Below, in pieces: positions 27,788 to 37,451 of a stretch of 43,602 nt of DNA (its first letter is position 1; each line of letters begins with the position of its first letter). The notes below the pieces were generated by a model. That model was not told where the DNA came from, did no database searches, and worked only from the letters and a program-made list of their open reading frames with translations. Position numbers and translations under genes: made by a program. This DNA is from an uncultured Bacteroidales bacterium (GTDB lineage: Bacteria > Bacteroidota > Bacteroidia > Bacteroidales > UBA4417): the NCBI GenBank assembly GCA_903878265.1, contig CAIRHD010000293.1, positions 1-43,602 on the forward strand. The letters are read 5' to 3'.

Positions 27788-28082
27788 AAAGCAAGGTTTT
27801 ATTTTTGTTGATCGATTCGATAAAATAAGGGTTCGAGAGTGATTTGTCAGTTACCAGATCAACAGGTCGTTTTAGTAGTCCTTCAAACTTTTCGGCCAAT
27901 TCAAAGTAAGTATCAGCATAGCTGCCATAGTCAAGCTGTGATATTGAAATCAACAGATCAATGTCGCTATCTTCGTTAAATTCAGGGGTACATACGGAAC
28001 CAAAAGCAAACAACGACTTCACTTCATACTGTTCACACAATTCCTTTATTTGATTAAGGTTTTCAGTTAAAATGGGGTTCAT
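27777..28082 (-). CDS. Minimal nucleotidyltransferase (MNT/MntA-type) antitoxin
   Basis: LFAFGSV...SDIDLLI...RPVDLV, 101 aa from ATG 28082. It overlaps the HEPN gene start. Confidence 0.92.
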   Translation of the reverse strand: MNPILTENLNQIKELCEQYEVKSLFAFGSVCTPEFNEDSDIDLLISISQLDYGSYADTYFELAEKFEGLLKRPVDLVTDKSLSNPYFIESINKNKTLLYGN

Positions 28083-28305
28083 GGTTTTGTAATTAGCTGT
28101 AATCGAATATAATAAGCAAAGATACTTATTTCTGGCAAACAAAAGTCTATAAATATGATTAAAAAATCTATTCTGCGGCCACCGCACAAATCCCCGTTAC
28201 CGTGCGAATCCTTTCGCGTGGTTTCCATAATACAAAGCCCTTCTTACAATTTCACTTTTTTATATGCACTTTGCCAATCCCAACCACTTACCCGTTTTAC
28301 CACCA

Positions 28306-28478
28306 ACCCCACAAAAAAAATCCCTGCCAAACCGTAGCTGGGATTTTTTTTATTCCCATAATACTTGCTTAATCACATCCCCAAATCTTCACATCCCCAA
28401 ATCCCCACATTTTTAAAATTATCGTATTTTCAAATTATCGTATTTTCAAATTAGCACATTATCGCATCAACCCATTAA
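28306..28478. repeat. Direct repeat copy 2 (hairpin, shorter octamer tract and tail)
   Basis: accccacaaaaaaaatccctgcc...gggattttttt...cacatccccaaatcttcacatcccc...ttcaaattagcacattatcgcatcaacccattaa. Confidence 0.8.
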
Positions 28479-28537
28479 CTCATAAGCCGTAAAGTGTTTA
28501 CCCATAACTTGGCCGATAGTTTAAAGTCCACAAAAGC

Positions 28538-28627
28538 CGTTCATCGACAAATTTCCTGCATTCAACCGATACTTACCGCCATCGGTAGATTAGTGTTTTC
28601 GCACCCCAAAAAGTGCTTGTATCTTTG
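28538..28627 (+). promoter_or_regulatory. Putative LytTR-type direct repeats plus a -7 promoter element
   Basis: CGTTCATC (28538), CATTCAAC (28559) and CATCGGTA (28580) occur at 21-bp periodicity, followed by TATCTTTG at 28620-28627. Confidence 0.55.
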
Positions 28628-28785
28628 TATCGTTTTAATCACATAAAGCATTGAAACAAGCCCCGCAAAATGAAAAATAAAAAATTAATTGTCCCTGATT
28701 TGTAACTTTCACTAAATAAAGCCGTCTTTAATACACAAACCAATAAATATAAAACCCCTCGAAAGAGCTAAAAAAAATAAACAAA

Positions 28786-29241
28786 ATGAAAACAACCACA
28801 TTTACCTCCGCCCTTGCAACACTCAGTCTGGTGATATTTATGTCAACCGGCTCCATAGCCAATTCAAACAAGATTTGCTCCGGCAATTTGCTGAAATCGG
28901 GCGATATAAGCATGTCCGCAACCAATTCTATCGAAAAAGATTTCAGCTACCTGCGTTTCGATGTATCCAAATTCGCCAACGAAAACGTGGAAACCTTTTT
29001 GGCCAGCACTTCCTTCGATTACCTGCGTTTCGATGTAAATAATTTTATTGCTGAAACCGAAATGAGTGAGTTGCCTGTAAACACCGAATTTGAATACCTG
29101 CGTTTCGATGCAAACAACTTTACCGCTACCGGTAGCCTTATTGAATTGCCAGCATCGGATTTTGAATATCTCCGCTTCGATGTCAACAACTTTGCCAATG
29201 CCGCAAGCAATGTAATCAACGATTTGCCAGAAGCCGAATAA
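28786..29241 (+). CDS. Small exported protein with four (D/E)FxYLRFD(V/A)xxF repeats
   Basis: Hydrophobic signal peptide and four repeats: DFSYLRFDVSKF, SFDYLRFDVNNF, EFEYLRFDANNF, DFEYLRFDVNNF. It has its own promoter and terminator. Confidence 0.85.
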   Translation: MKTTTFTSALATLSLVIFMSTGSIANSNKICSGNLLKSGDISMSATNSIEKDFSYLRFDVSKFANENVETFLASTSFDYLRFDVNNFIAETEMSELPVNTEFEYLRFDANNFTATGSLIELPASDFEYLRFDVNNFANAASNVINDLPEAE

Positions 29242-29282
29242 TGTTACAGGCAATTTGCCCGGAAACATTTCCTTATATCCCC

Positions 29283-29308
29283 AGCCCTGTTAACAGCAGG
29301 GCTTTTTT
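29283..29308 (+). terminator. Rho-independent terminator
   Basis: agccctg-ttaacag-cagggct followed by a T-tract. Confidence 0.85.
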
Positions 29309-29540
29309 ATTGCTCTTATACAAGCGGCTATTTACGTAGGGAATTGTAATTTTAAAAAATAGATTTCGTATGGTATAAATAGAGTCGGTCTATACTATCA
29401 GGTTTATTTTTTGAGTAGCCCAAACAACAAAAATTGTAATTTTGTAACGTTCAGGCATTACGAATGGAGATAGTATTCCTCTTTACCATTTGCACCATGC
29501 TAATATTCAGATGGAAGTAATAAGTTTAAAATTCAATAAA

Positions 29541-30590
29541 ATGAAAAACCATTTTTACTTGATTATTGCCTTTTCGATGTTGATACTACTATCGAAAAGT
29601 ACTTTAGCACAACCAAAATCCTTGTTTGTAAACGACAACGGGCTATTCAGCAGCAACACCGATACGGTTTTGGCCGCCATTGATGCTGCCGGTATTGAGT
29701 ACGATATATTCAGCGCACGCGACAGCCTCCGTTCGCCAACAGCAGCCGAAATGTTTTCGCACCCGCTTGTGATTTGGTATTGCTCCACCGACGGTGTGGG
29801 GAATTACCTTTGGAATGCCGACAATACCGACAATACCGAATTGTTGACGTACCTCGAAAATGGGGGCAAGCTTTGGTTGATGGGTTCCGATTTCCTTTAC
29901 GACCGGTATGGCAGCGCTCCCGATGTATTTGTACCAGGCGATTTCCCTTATGATTTTCTTGGCATTGAGGCCTACAATGCCCAATCCTATGGCGACGATG
30001 GCAACCTTGGAGTGCCACAACTTGATCCAATAAATTTGCCAATGATGGGAATGGAACTCGATACTATCCATTGGGTTTACACTACCGCATGGTGGGTTGA
30101 TGGCTGCACACCAACGCCCGATGCTACTTCTTTTTATGAAATGGGGCCTGCAACCTACCCACTGCAAGGTTTAAGTTCAGCGGTTTATAGGAATTACGAA
30201 CAATTTTTCGGTGATCGCGAATTGACACTTTTCTTCGATCCGGCAATTATGGATACTTACCAAAACAGGGTTAACCTTTTCAAATGGGCATACTCAAGTT
30301 TCTTCCTGCTGGGACCTGGCTTCGACGAGTTGGGGAAATCGGAAGCAAAACTCATTGAAAGTGAAAACCCCGCTTTTAACAAAATTCAATGCAGAGTGCC
30401 TGAAACCTTGGCTGGCAATAAATTCTCAGTCAGCATTTTCGACCCAGCCGGCAAACAGCTTATGAGCCAACAACACGAAAATTGCAGTAATTTTTCAGTT
30501 GATGTTTCTAAGTTGGAATCAGGGATGTATTTGATTTCCATTTCAGACAAAAGGAAAACATATTATCAGAAATTCATTATTGGCAGATAG
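29541..30590 (+). CDS. T9SS type A sorting domain-containing secreted protein of unknown function
   Basis: Signal peptide from ATG 29541, LFVNDNG...YLENGGKLWLMGSD alpha/beta module, and C-terminal ENPA...IFDPAGK...VDVSKLESGMYLI...QKFII. Confidence 0.85.
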   Translation: MKNHFYLIIAFSMLILLSKSTLAQPKSLFVNDNGLFSSNTDTVLAAIDAAGIEYDIFSARDSLRSPTAAEMFSHPLVIWYCSTDGVGNYLWNADNTDNTELLTYLENGGKLWLMGSDFLYDRYGSAPDVFVPGDFPYDFLGIEAYNAQSYGDDGNLGVPQLDPINLPMMGMELDTIHWVYTTAWWVDGCTPTPDATSFYEMGPATYPLQGLSSAVYRNYEQFFGDRELTLFFDPAIMDTYQNRVNLFKWAYSSFFLLGPGFDELGKSEAKLIESENPAFNKIQCRVPETLAGNKFSVSIFDPAGKQLMSQQHENCSNFSVDVSKLESGMYLISISDKRKTYYQKFIIGR

Positions 30591-30632
30591 TTCAAAGCAA
30601 TTTTTGATTTCTAAACCCATTCGACCTATCGC

Positions 30633-31412
30633 CTATACAGCTTCCCCATTCATCCATGCTTTGAAAGCGGCAGTTTTAACCCTGCTCACTATTATTTCAA
30701 GTTTCGGATCGGTTGTAATTTCAACCTTAAGCTTGAAATTGAAGTAGTTGTGTACTTTATGTATGGCATCGCCCGAAATAATATACTGCCTGTTTACCCT
30801 GAAAAAGAGTTTAGGGTCGAGTTTTGACGATAATTCTTCGATGGAATGAGGTATGATATAACGTTTTTTATCGTTTGTGAGCAGTAAAACCTCCTTGTCC
30901 TCGGCGTAAAAACAAGCAATTTCCGAAACTTTTATAGGAATCATCGCATCTCCTTTATTGATCAGGAAACGATCCTTAAATGCAACTTTTCCAGGCTGTT
31001 GCAAGTTCCGGAGCATTTTGTAAAGTTGGTTGTTTGGGTTTCCTTCGCTGTAATATTCTTTCAGTTTATGGAATTTTTCCAACGACGATCTTAGTTTTTC
31101 CCTGTTCACTGGTTTCAACAGGTAATCGATGCTGTTTAGCTCAAATGCCTGTAAAGCGTATTCGTCGTAAGCAGTTGTAAATACTACCGGTGTAATAACT
31201 TCGTATTGGTCGAAAATGCTAAAGCTTTTGCCATCGGCCAATTGTATATCGAGCAGGATAAGATCATAAACCGGTTTCAGTTTCAAGAGCTTTACAGTTG
31301 CCGAAACAGTATCAATGGGGCCATGGATTTCAGCTTCCGGCTCTATTTCCAAAACCAACTGCGCAAGCCGTTTGGCAGCAAGTTCTTCGTCTTCAACTAT
31401 CAGGATTTTCAT
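30633..31412 (-). CDS. LytR/AlgR-family response regulator (REC + LytTR)
   Basis: ILIVEDE, LLDIQLADG, FTTAYDEYAL, DYLLKP, FFRVNRQYII and IVSR. Confidence 0.96.
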   Translation of the reverse strand: MKILIVEDEELAAKRLAQLVLEIEPEAEIHGPIDTVSATVKLLKLKPVYDLILLDIQLADGKSFSIFDQYEVITPVVFTTAYDEYALQAFELNSIDYLLKPVNREKLRSSLEKFHKLKEYYSEGNPNNQLYKMLRNLQQPGKVAFKDRFLINKGDAMIPIKVSEIACFYAEDKEVLLLTNDKKRYIIPHSIEELSSKLDPKLFFRVNRQYIISGDAIHKVHNYFNFKLKVEITTDPKLEIIVSRVKTAAFKAWMNGEAV

Positions 31413-31429
31413 TGAGGGTTGGGCGTTCT

Positions 31430-31705
31430 AGGTTAAAGGGTTCAATGCTTTGCGTTTAAGGGTTCAATGCTTCGCGTTCAATGTTCAAAATGTTGGCCAC
31501 TGAGCTTGACGAAGTGCGCGTTCTATTGTTCAATTGTTCGCTTGTTCTATTGTTCTATTGCTAAAATGTTCAATTGTTTGCTTGTTCAATTATTACAACT
31601 ACCGCTTCAAATCCCTAAATCCCCAAATCCTCAAATCCCACATTTTCAAATTTTTAAATTCCCACATCCTTCAAATTTTCAAATCATCTCATTTTCAAAT
31701 TCAAA
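31430..31705. repeat. Mixed heptamer/octamer tandem tracts between the response regulator and the kinase
   Basis: GGTTCAA units, TTCTATTG/TTCAATTG units and CAAATCCC/CAAATTTT units. It includes TGAGCTTGACGAA (31501), which recurs at 43162. Confidence 0.75.
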
Positions 31706-32768
31706 TTGATTTCTCAAAAAGCGGCAGCATAACCACAAATTTATCATTTTCAAGTTTAACAACAATATTTTTCCCTGTAAGATGCAGATAGCGGTTACGG
31801 ATATTATCGAGGCCAACTCCTGTAGAAGGATCCTTGTCTATTTTGGCTTTCACAGTATTTTCCACAACAACAAAACTGTTTTCATGGACATAAATTTTTA
31901 CATATAGCGGATCTTCTTTAGAAACCACATTGTGTTTCAGTGCATTTTCGAGCAGCATCTGCAAGGCTAGAGGCGGTATGGCATAATGGTAAAACATTTC
32001 GGGCACATCAAACACAACCTGCAATTTATCCCCAAAGCGGCTTTGCTGGATAAAAACATAATCGCGGGCAATTTTAAGTTCGTCGCGGAGCAAAACGGCA
32101 TCTTTGTCGCGCGATTGCAGCATGTAGCGCATGATTTCCGAAATGCTTTCGACATATTTGGATGCAACAGGGTTGTCGTTCACAAGCATCAGCAAAGTAT
32201 TCAGGCTATTGAACAGAAAATGCGGGTTTACCTGGTTGCGGAGTGTGTCGTAACGTGCCTCCAGGCTAGCTTTTTCCAACGCCTGGGTACGCAGGAGGTT
32301 TTCTTTCCATTGAATAAAAAACGCCACCGATGCATAAATGGAACTGATCATGAAAGTAATGAGCAAGGATCCAATTATTAGTGCGGTTTTATCAGATTTG
32401 GGAATTGAAACTTTCAGAAAATGTTCGGCGGCATAAATTTCGCCAAGTTCGACCAGCATTACAAAAATACTAAGCGAAACAACCTGAAATACAATAAGTT
32501 TAGTGGTTTCTTTAAATACCGGATATCGGCCTAACGCATATTGTATTATCACCATGCTCCCATTCCAGATCAAGGCAGTCCGGATAAACGAAATCAGGAA
32601 CACCTTCAAAAAACCGGAATTACCTTGGGGATAACCAAAATCGAGGAATACCGAAACCGCCGATATCAGGGTTATCCCCACCACGCGAATGGTAATTTCG
32701 CGCCAATGGCTTTGAGGCTGGTTAATTACAGGTATGCAATCAATTGTATCTTTGGGTGAAGTTTTCAT
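31701..32768 (-). CDS. LytS/YehU-type membrane sensor histidine kinase
   Basis: Four TM segments, LRNQVNPHFLFNSLN (H box), QMLLENALKHN and STGVGLDNI. Start moved to ATG 32768 to avoid overlap with the upstream gene. Confidence 0.95.
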   Translation of the reverse strand: MKTSPKDTIDCIPVINQPQSHWREITIRVVGITLISAVSVFLDFGYPQGNSGFLKVFLISFIRTALIWNGSMVIIQYALGRYPVFKETTKLIVFQVVSLSIFVMLVELGEIYAAEHFLKVSIPKSDKTALIIGSLLITFMISSIYASVAFFIQWKENLLRTQALEKASLEARYDTLRNQVNPHFLFNSLNTLLMLVNDNPVASKYVESISEIMRYMLQSRDKDAVLLRDELKIARDYVFIQQSRFGDKLQVVFDVPEMFYHYAIPPLALQMLLENALKHNVVSKEDPLYVKIYVHENSFVVVENTVKAKIDKDPSTGVGLDNIRNRYLHLTGKNIVVKLENDKFVVMLPLFEKSI

Positions 32769-32812
32769 TAAAGGAGCATTTGGTTTTTGGGATAAATGTA
32801 CTGATTTTGGAA

Positions 32813-33391
32813 TTATTTCAACTCTTTGCCCAATAATTCCACTTTTTGTATCCACTCTTTCCGCTTGTTTTCTGGCGAGTTCCTCACTGGCCCAAACGAT
32901 GTGATTTTTACTGGTTTTATCCCACAAAACCACAATATCCCTTTTTTCATTGTAGTGTGCCCCGGACTTTTCAAAAAGAGGGCATAATACCAACCTGGCG
33001 AATCCATAGTAACAATAAGCCTTGCTGTTTTCCCCGAAAGCAGTTTGTTTAACAGGATGCTGTTTTCACGATAACTGAAAGCAAAACCGGGAAGCAAAAC
33101 CCTGTCGAGGAATCCTTTTAACAGTGCCGGATAAGTTCCCCACCAATTGGGGTAAACCAATACAATATGTTCTGCTTTAAGGATTTCCTGTTGCATCATC
33201 AGCAAATCGGGTTCCAGTTCGGTGCGTTTCCTATAGCCGTTGCTTAAACTGGGATTAAACTCCAAATCGGCAAGGTTTACCAATTTACATTCTGCTCCGG
33301 CTAAATCGGCGCCTTTTTTATATCTGAAAGCCAATTCGCTGCATAAACTTTGTTTGTCAGGGTGTCCGTTAATTATTAGGATCTTTTTCAT
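32813..33391 (-). CDS. NAD(P)H-dependent oxidoreductase, flavodoxin-like fold (quinone reductase type)
   Basis: ILIINGHPDKQS and YPNWWGTYPALLKGFLDRV..PGFAF. Confidence 0.92.
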   Translation of the reverse strand: MKKILIINGHPDKQSLCSELAFRYKKGADLAGAECKLVNLADLEFNPSLSNGYRKRTELEPDLLMMQQEILKAEHIVLVYPNWWGTYPALLKGFLDRVLLPGFAFSYRENSILLNKLLSGKTARLIVTMDSPGWYYALFLKSPGHTTMKKGILWFCGIKPVKITSFGPVRNSPENKRKEWIQKVELLGKELK

Positions 33392-33459
33392 TGTTTCAAT
33401 AATCTGGTTTTATTAAATGTCTTTTTTTTATTTATGGATATGTTCTTCTGGAACAGGCC

Positions 33460-33577
33460 AAAAAGCAAAGGTCAAAAGTATAGAACTGTTAACAATTGTA
33501 TTTCAAAACAATTTTCCAATCAACCTCACCTACCAAACCTTCGACTTTTGACCTTTGCCTTTTAACCTTTGACTTAA
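33460..33577. repeat. Inverted pair of heptamer tracts (CAAAAGG / CCTTTGA)
   Basis: caaaaagcaaaggtcaaaagt and gacttttgacctttgccttttaacctttgactt. Confidence 0.6.
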
Positions 33578-33578
33578 A

Positions 33579-35939
33579 CTAAAAATGAATCCTATACTGC
33601 ATCATCGGGAAGAAACCTAACTGGTTTACATTGGTAACTTCGTTTTTCGATGGGCTGTAGGTTTGCATCAGTATGTTGTTGTGGTCGGTAAAATTTTCGA
33701 TATAAAACACCCATTCCTGTGAAACTCTGCGCCAGTTGAGCCTATATCCGAATTTTATATCTGCTTTAAAAAACGCATCAAACTGTTGGCTATACGCCTT
33801 TGTTTCATCATATTTTGTTGTGCCTGCATTCTGCGAAGCTACCAAATCAATCGGGGTATAGCGTTTTCCACCGGCGTAAGTCATTTTAAAATCGATATTG
33901 AATGTGGATTTGCTATTAATCGTAAACTCTTTGCCAAACAACACGTTAGCAACATAATTTCCGTTAAATGCTGTATTCCTTTCTATACTGTCGCTGCCTT
34001 TGTATTTTGATTCAAACAATGATAACGTTGCCAGATAATAGTAGTTTTTATGAAAGAACCGTTCAACTGTGAGTTCCATTCCATAATTTTTTCCTGTACC
34101 GGTATTTTCCAAACTATCCTGCGCTCCAACGCCCCATCCAGCTCCTGTATTCAACATGCTGAACGAAGTGCTATTTTGCTCAACAGGCACATCGTAAAGA
34201 GTTTGATAATAAACTTCAGCTTTCAATCGGGTGTTTTGGGTTATGGAATTGTTATACCCTAAAACAAATTGGTGCGATTTAATGAAACCAAGGTCGTTGT
34301 TGGTTTGAATCAGTGAACCATCATCCATTTGCGTGCCAAGGAAGTAGGTGGACAATGCCTGAGTCCGCGAATGCAGGCCATATCCAAAACTAAGTTTCTG
34401 CTTTGTGTTTAACTGCCAGTTTGCACCGAACCGTGGTTCCACACTTGATGTCCCGTTGAGATCGAAGTAACTGAAATGGATGCCCGGCACAATGCTAAAC
34501 TTTTCGCTAAAACGATAGGTTGCCTGTAAATAAGGCTGATATAAAGTAACCCCATTAGCTAAATTTTTGCTGTCGTCAATCAAAGGGCGTAATGTATTGG
34601 TTTCGCTGTCATAAATTTTCGACAGAAGATCAAACCCCATTCGATCTACGAGGAATCCTGCCCTGCCTGAAAACCGGCTGTTGTATTTTTTGTGGAGGAA
34701 ACCACTAAGCGAAGTGCGGAATTCGGCATAGTTGTGGTCGAGGAATGGGTGCGGGACACCAGTTATATCAAGCGTATCAATAGTTGTACCCCCTTTTTGG
34801 TAAATCCCCGAAAGGATGATTTTGTAATAGGTATGTTCATTCATGAAACGGGTGTACGATATTCCCGTTGCTCCCATCCTCGAACTGTTTACCAAATCCT
34901 GCCCTTCGCCAGAATACATGTCCTGAACATTGCCGCTTTTGCTGTCGAGCATGGCTATTTCGCTGTCGCCACCCAATCCGAAAAACGTAATCTTTCCTTT
35001 TTTAACCGGGAAATTGAGTTTGAACGAAAGGTCTTTGTATTTCGGAATTCCGGTGGTACCCAAGTCTATTATTCCATCCATAAGTTCAAGAGTGGAATAG
35101 CGGAAATTGGCTAAATAGGAAGCCTCGTGTTTTTTGCTGAAAGGGCCTTCGGCACCCACTTCAAAACCATTGAACCCAACCTGGAAAAGCTGTTCGTGTT
35201 TCTGGTTGTTGCCATTGCGCATGTTCAGGTCGAATACACCGCTTAGTGCATTGCCATATTCGGCGGGGAAAGCACCTGTGAAGAAATCGCTGTTTTCGAG
35301 CAGGTTATTGTTAAGCATACCAACTGGTCCGCCGGTTGTGCCGCCTTCGGCAAAATGGTTTGGGTTGGGTATATCGATATCTTCGAGCCTCCATAGCAAA
35401 CCGCTGGGCGAATTGCCCCGGATAATAATATCGTTGCGCTGGTCGTTGGCCGAGGACACGCCAGCATAGTTCATAGCCATACGGGCCACATCACCACGGC
35501 TTCCCGCATATTTTTCGGTTTCCTCTACAGAAAAGGTGCGGGCGCTTACAGTTGCCATTTGGTTTCGGGTCTGATCCTTGCGTGCCGAACCGGTAATTAC
35601 AACACCACTGCTCATGGTTACATTTTCCTCAAGTTCTACCTCAAGTACAACTTCTTTCACCGAATTAACAATTATCCCCTGAAAGGTGGCTGGTTTGTAC
35701 CCGATATAGCTAACCTGAATGCTTTGACGGCCAATTGCCACCTTTTCGAGACGGAAATTCCCATCGTTGTCGGTAACAGTTCCGGTTAAAGGTTGAACGT
35801 CGAGCAACACTACGTTTGCACCTGGTAAAGATGTTTTCGAATCCTTGTCGATAACATGGCCGCGGATGGTTTGAACCTGTTGCGCCCATCCATAAGTTGC
35901 AACAAGTATGATCAATGTAAAAATAAATAGTCGTTTCAT
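33579..35939 (-). CDS. TonB-dependent outer-membrane receptor with a carboxypeptidase-regulatory-like N-domain
   Basis: Signal peptide, IRGHVIDKDSKTSLPGANV, NDIIIRGNSP plug, TGAFPAEYGNALSGV and a C-terminal Phe. Confidence 0.93.
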   Translation of the reverse strand: MKRLFIFTLIILVATYGWAQQVQTIRGHVIDKDSKTSLPGANVVLLDVQPLTGTVTDNDGNFRLEKVAIGRQSIQVSYIGYKPATFQGIIVNSVKEVVLEVELEENVTMSSGVVITGSARKDQTRNQMATVSARTFSVEETEKYAGSRGDVARMAMNYAGVSSANDQRNDIIIRGNSPSGLLWRLEDIDIPNPNHFAEGGTTGGPVGMLNNNLLENSDFFTGAFPAEYGNALSGVFDLNMRNGNNQKHEQLFQVGFNGFEVGAEGPFSKKHEASYLANFRYSTLELMDGIIDLGTTGIPKYKDLSFKLNFPVKKGKITFFGLGGDSEIAMLDSKSGNVQDMYSGEGQDLVNSSRMGATGISYTRFMNEHTYYKIILSGIYQKGGTTIDTLDITGVPHPFLDHNYAEFRTSLSGFLHKKYNSRFSGRAGFLVDRMGFDLLSKIYDSETNTLRPLIDDSKNLANGVTLYQPYLQATYRFSEKFSIVPGIHFSYFDLNGTSSVEPRFGANWQLNTKQKLSFGYGLHSRTQALSTYFLGTQMDDGSLIQTNNDLGFIKSHQFVLGYNNSITQNTRLKAEVYYQTLYDVPVEQNSTSFSMLNTGAGWGVGAQDSLENTGTGKNYGMELTVERFFHKNYYYLATLSLFESKYKGSDSIERNTAFNGNYVANVLFGKEFTINSKSTFNIDFKMTYAGGKRYTPIDLVASQNAGTTKYDETKAYSQQFDAFFKADIKFGYRLNWRRVSQEWVFYIENFTDHNNILMQTYSPSKNEVTNVNQLGFFPMMQYRIHF

Positions 35940-35964
35940 TTGTTTATGTTTTTTGTTTGATGTT

Positions 35965-36056
35965 GCAAAAATGAAACAGTATTAGAAAGTACGAAATTCT
36001 TTTCCGACGAAATGAAGAAAAACGAGGATGAAAGTAACAAAATTTGGGGATGAAAT
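35965..36056 (-). promoter_or_regulatory. Putative LytTR binding repeats and a -7-like element upstream of the TonB operon
   Basis: Plus-strand GACGAAA (36006), GATGAAA (36027) and GATGAAA (36049) read TTTC(A/G)TC on the minus strand at 21/22-bp spacing. A CATTTTTG -7-like element lies near 35966-35973. Confidence 0.6.
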
Positions 36057-36560
36057 AAAAAAATATTTGTTTGGTAAAGGTCGATGGCGGACTTGGAGAA
36101 GATAGCCATGGAGAAAAGAGAAAAGCGGATGGGAACTTTTAGTTGGGAAATGTTTTTCAAGAGCTTTTTGTCCTTGAACAAACCCATTTGTTGTGAACCG
36201 TTTTTTTTAGCCCGAAAAGCAATATAACATTACTACAATGGGTTTGAAAGTATTGATATTAATATCAATGGGCATGAACTATGTTGAACAATATGTAACC
36301 GTAAAGAAGGCTAACCCTGCCAGAACGATATTTTTGAGCCGCACTTTTCATAAAAATATATGTTTGCGAATGGGGGTTGGCCATCTTTGTTATTTTATAA
36401 TGGTTCATTATAATTAATTGTATATCAAGTAATATGATTAGCTCGTTGCGGATATTTTTGGCGGATGTGATCTTGGTTTGTAACTTTAATCAGCGTATTA
36501 GCGTCAGATAGTTTTGTGCATTTTCGGAGTCAAAACTTATAACAAAATTCAGTCAGCAGC

Positions 36561-37433
36561 ATGGATTTACAGATCAAAAATCTTAACAAGCAATACAGCA
36601 ATGGAGTTGTAGCGCTCAATAATGTGAGCTTAACCATCAGCAAAGGAATGTTCGGTCTGCTTGGGCCAAACGGAGCCGGAAAATCATCGCTTATGCGCAC
36701 ACTTGCCACCTTGCAGGATGCTGACAGCGGAACAGTAACCCTGGGCGATATTGATGTATTAAACGATAAGGAGTCATTGCGAAAGGTGTTAGGTTATCTG
36801 CCGCAGGAATTCGGGGTTTATCCTCGTACATCGGCTGCCGAACTTCTCGACCATCTTGCCTTATTAAAAGGATTTGACAACCGCAGTGAGCGGAAAGAAA
36901 TAGTAAACCAGTTACTTATCAAAACCAACCTTTACGAACTCCGGAAAAAATCAGTAAGCAGTTTCAGTGGAGGTATGAAACAGCGTTTCGGGATTGCACA
37001 ATCCCTCATCGGAAATCCAAAACTGGTTATCGTTGACGAACCTACCGCTGGCCTCGACCCGGGCGAGCGAAACCGTTTTTACAATATACTTAGCGAAATA
37101 GGCGAAAATATTATCATTCTGCTTTCGACTCATATAGTTCAGGATGTACGAGAGCTTTGCACGCAAATGGCGATTATGGACAACGGCAAAGTGCTGTTCA
37201 GCGGCAATACTGATGATGCGTTACAACTGGTTAAAGGCAAGGTGTGGGAGAGAAAAGTCGAGAAATCGGAACTCCCAACCTACCAGATGGGGTACAAAAT
37301 AGTTTCTAATAAGCTCGTTGGTGGTAAACCTCTAATTCATGTTTTTTCAGAAACAGATCTGGACGAAGGCTTTGTACTTGCTGAGGAAACCCTTGAGGAT
37401 GTGTTCTTTGCCAAATTGAACGAATTGATTTAA
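36561..37433 (+). CDS. ABC transporter ATP-binding protein
   Basis: GPNGAGKSS Walker A, FSGGMKQR signature, IVDEPTAGLD Walker B and STHIV. Confidence 0.96.
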   Translation: MDLQIKNLNKQYSNGVVALNNVSLTISKGMFGLLGPNGAGKSSLMRTLATLQDADSGTVTLGDIDVLNDKESLRKVLGYLPQEFGVYPRTSAAELLDHLALLKGFDNRSERKEIVNQLLIKTNLYELRKKSVSSFSGGMKQRFGIAQSLIGNPKLVIVDEPTAGLDPGERNRFYNILSEIGENIIILLSTHIVQDVRELCTQMAIMDNGKVLFSGNTDDALQLVKGKVWERKVEKSELPTYQMGYKIVSNKLVGGKPLIHVFSETDLDEGFVLAEETLEDVFFAKLNELI

Positions 37434-37451
37434 CCTTTATTCCTTGAAATT

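Noticed and set aside
28786-29241. YLRF repeats as mimics of animal YLRFamide neuropeptides
   Set aside because: The cores are followed by Asp, not the Gly-Lys/Arg amidation and cleavage signal. A 4-5 residue match is uninformative.
35936-36187. 83-aa minus-strand ORF upstream of the TonB receptor
   Set aside because: It has low-complexity Phe/Ser/Leu composition and overlies the putative promoter and LytTR repeats.
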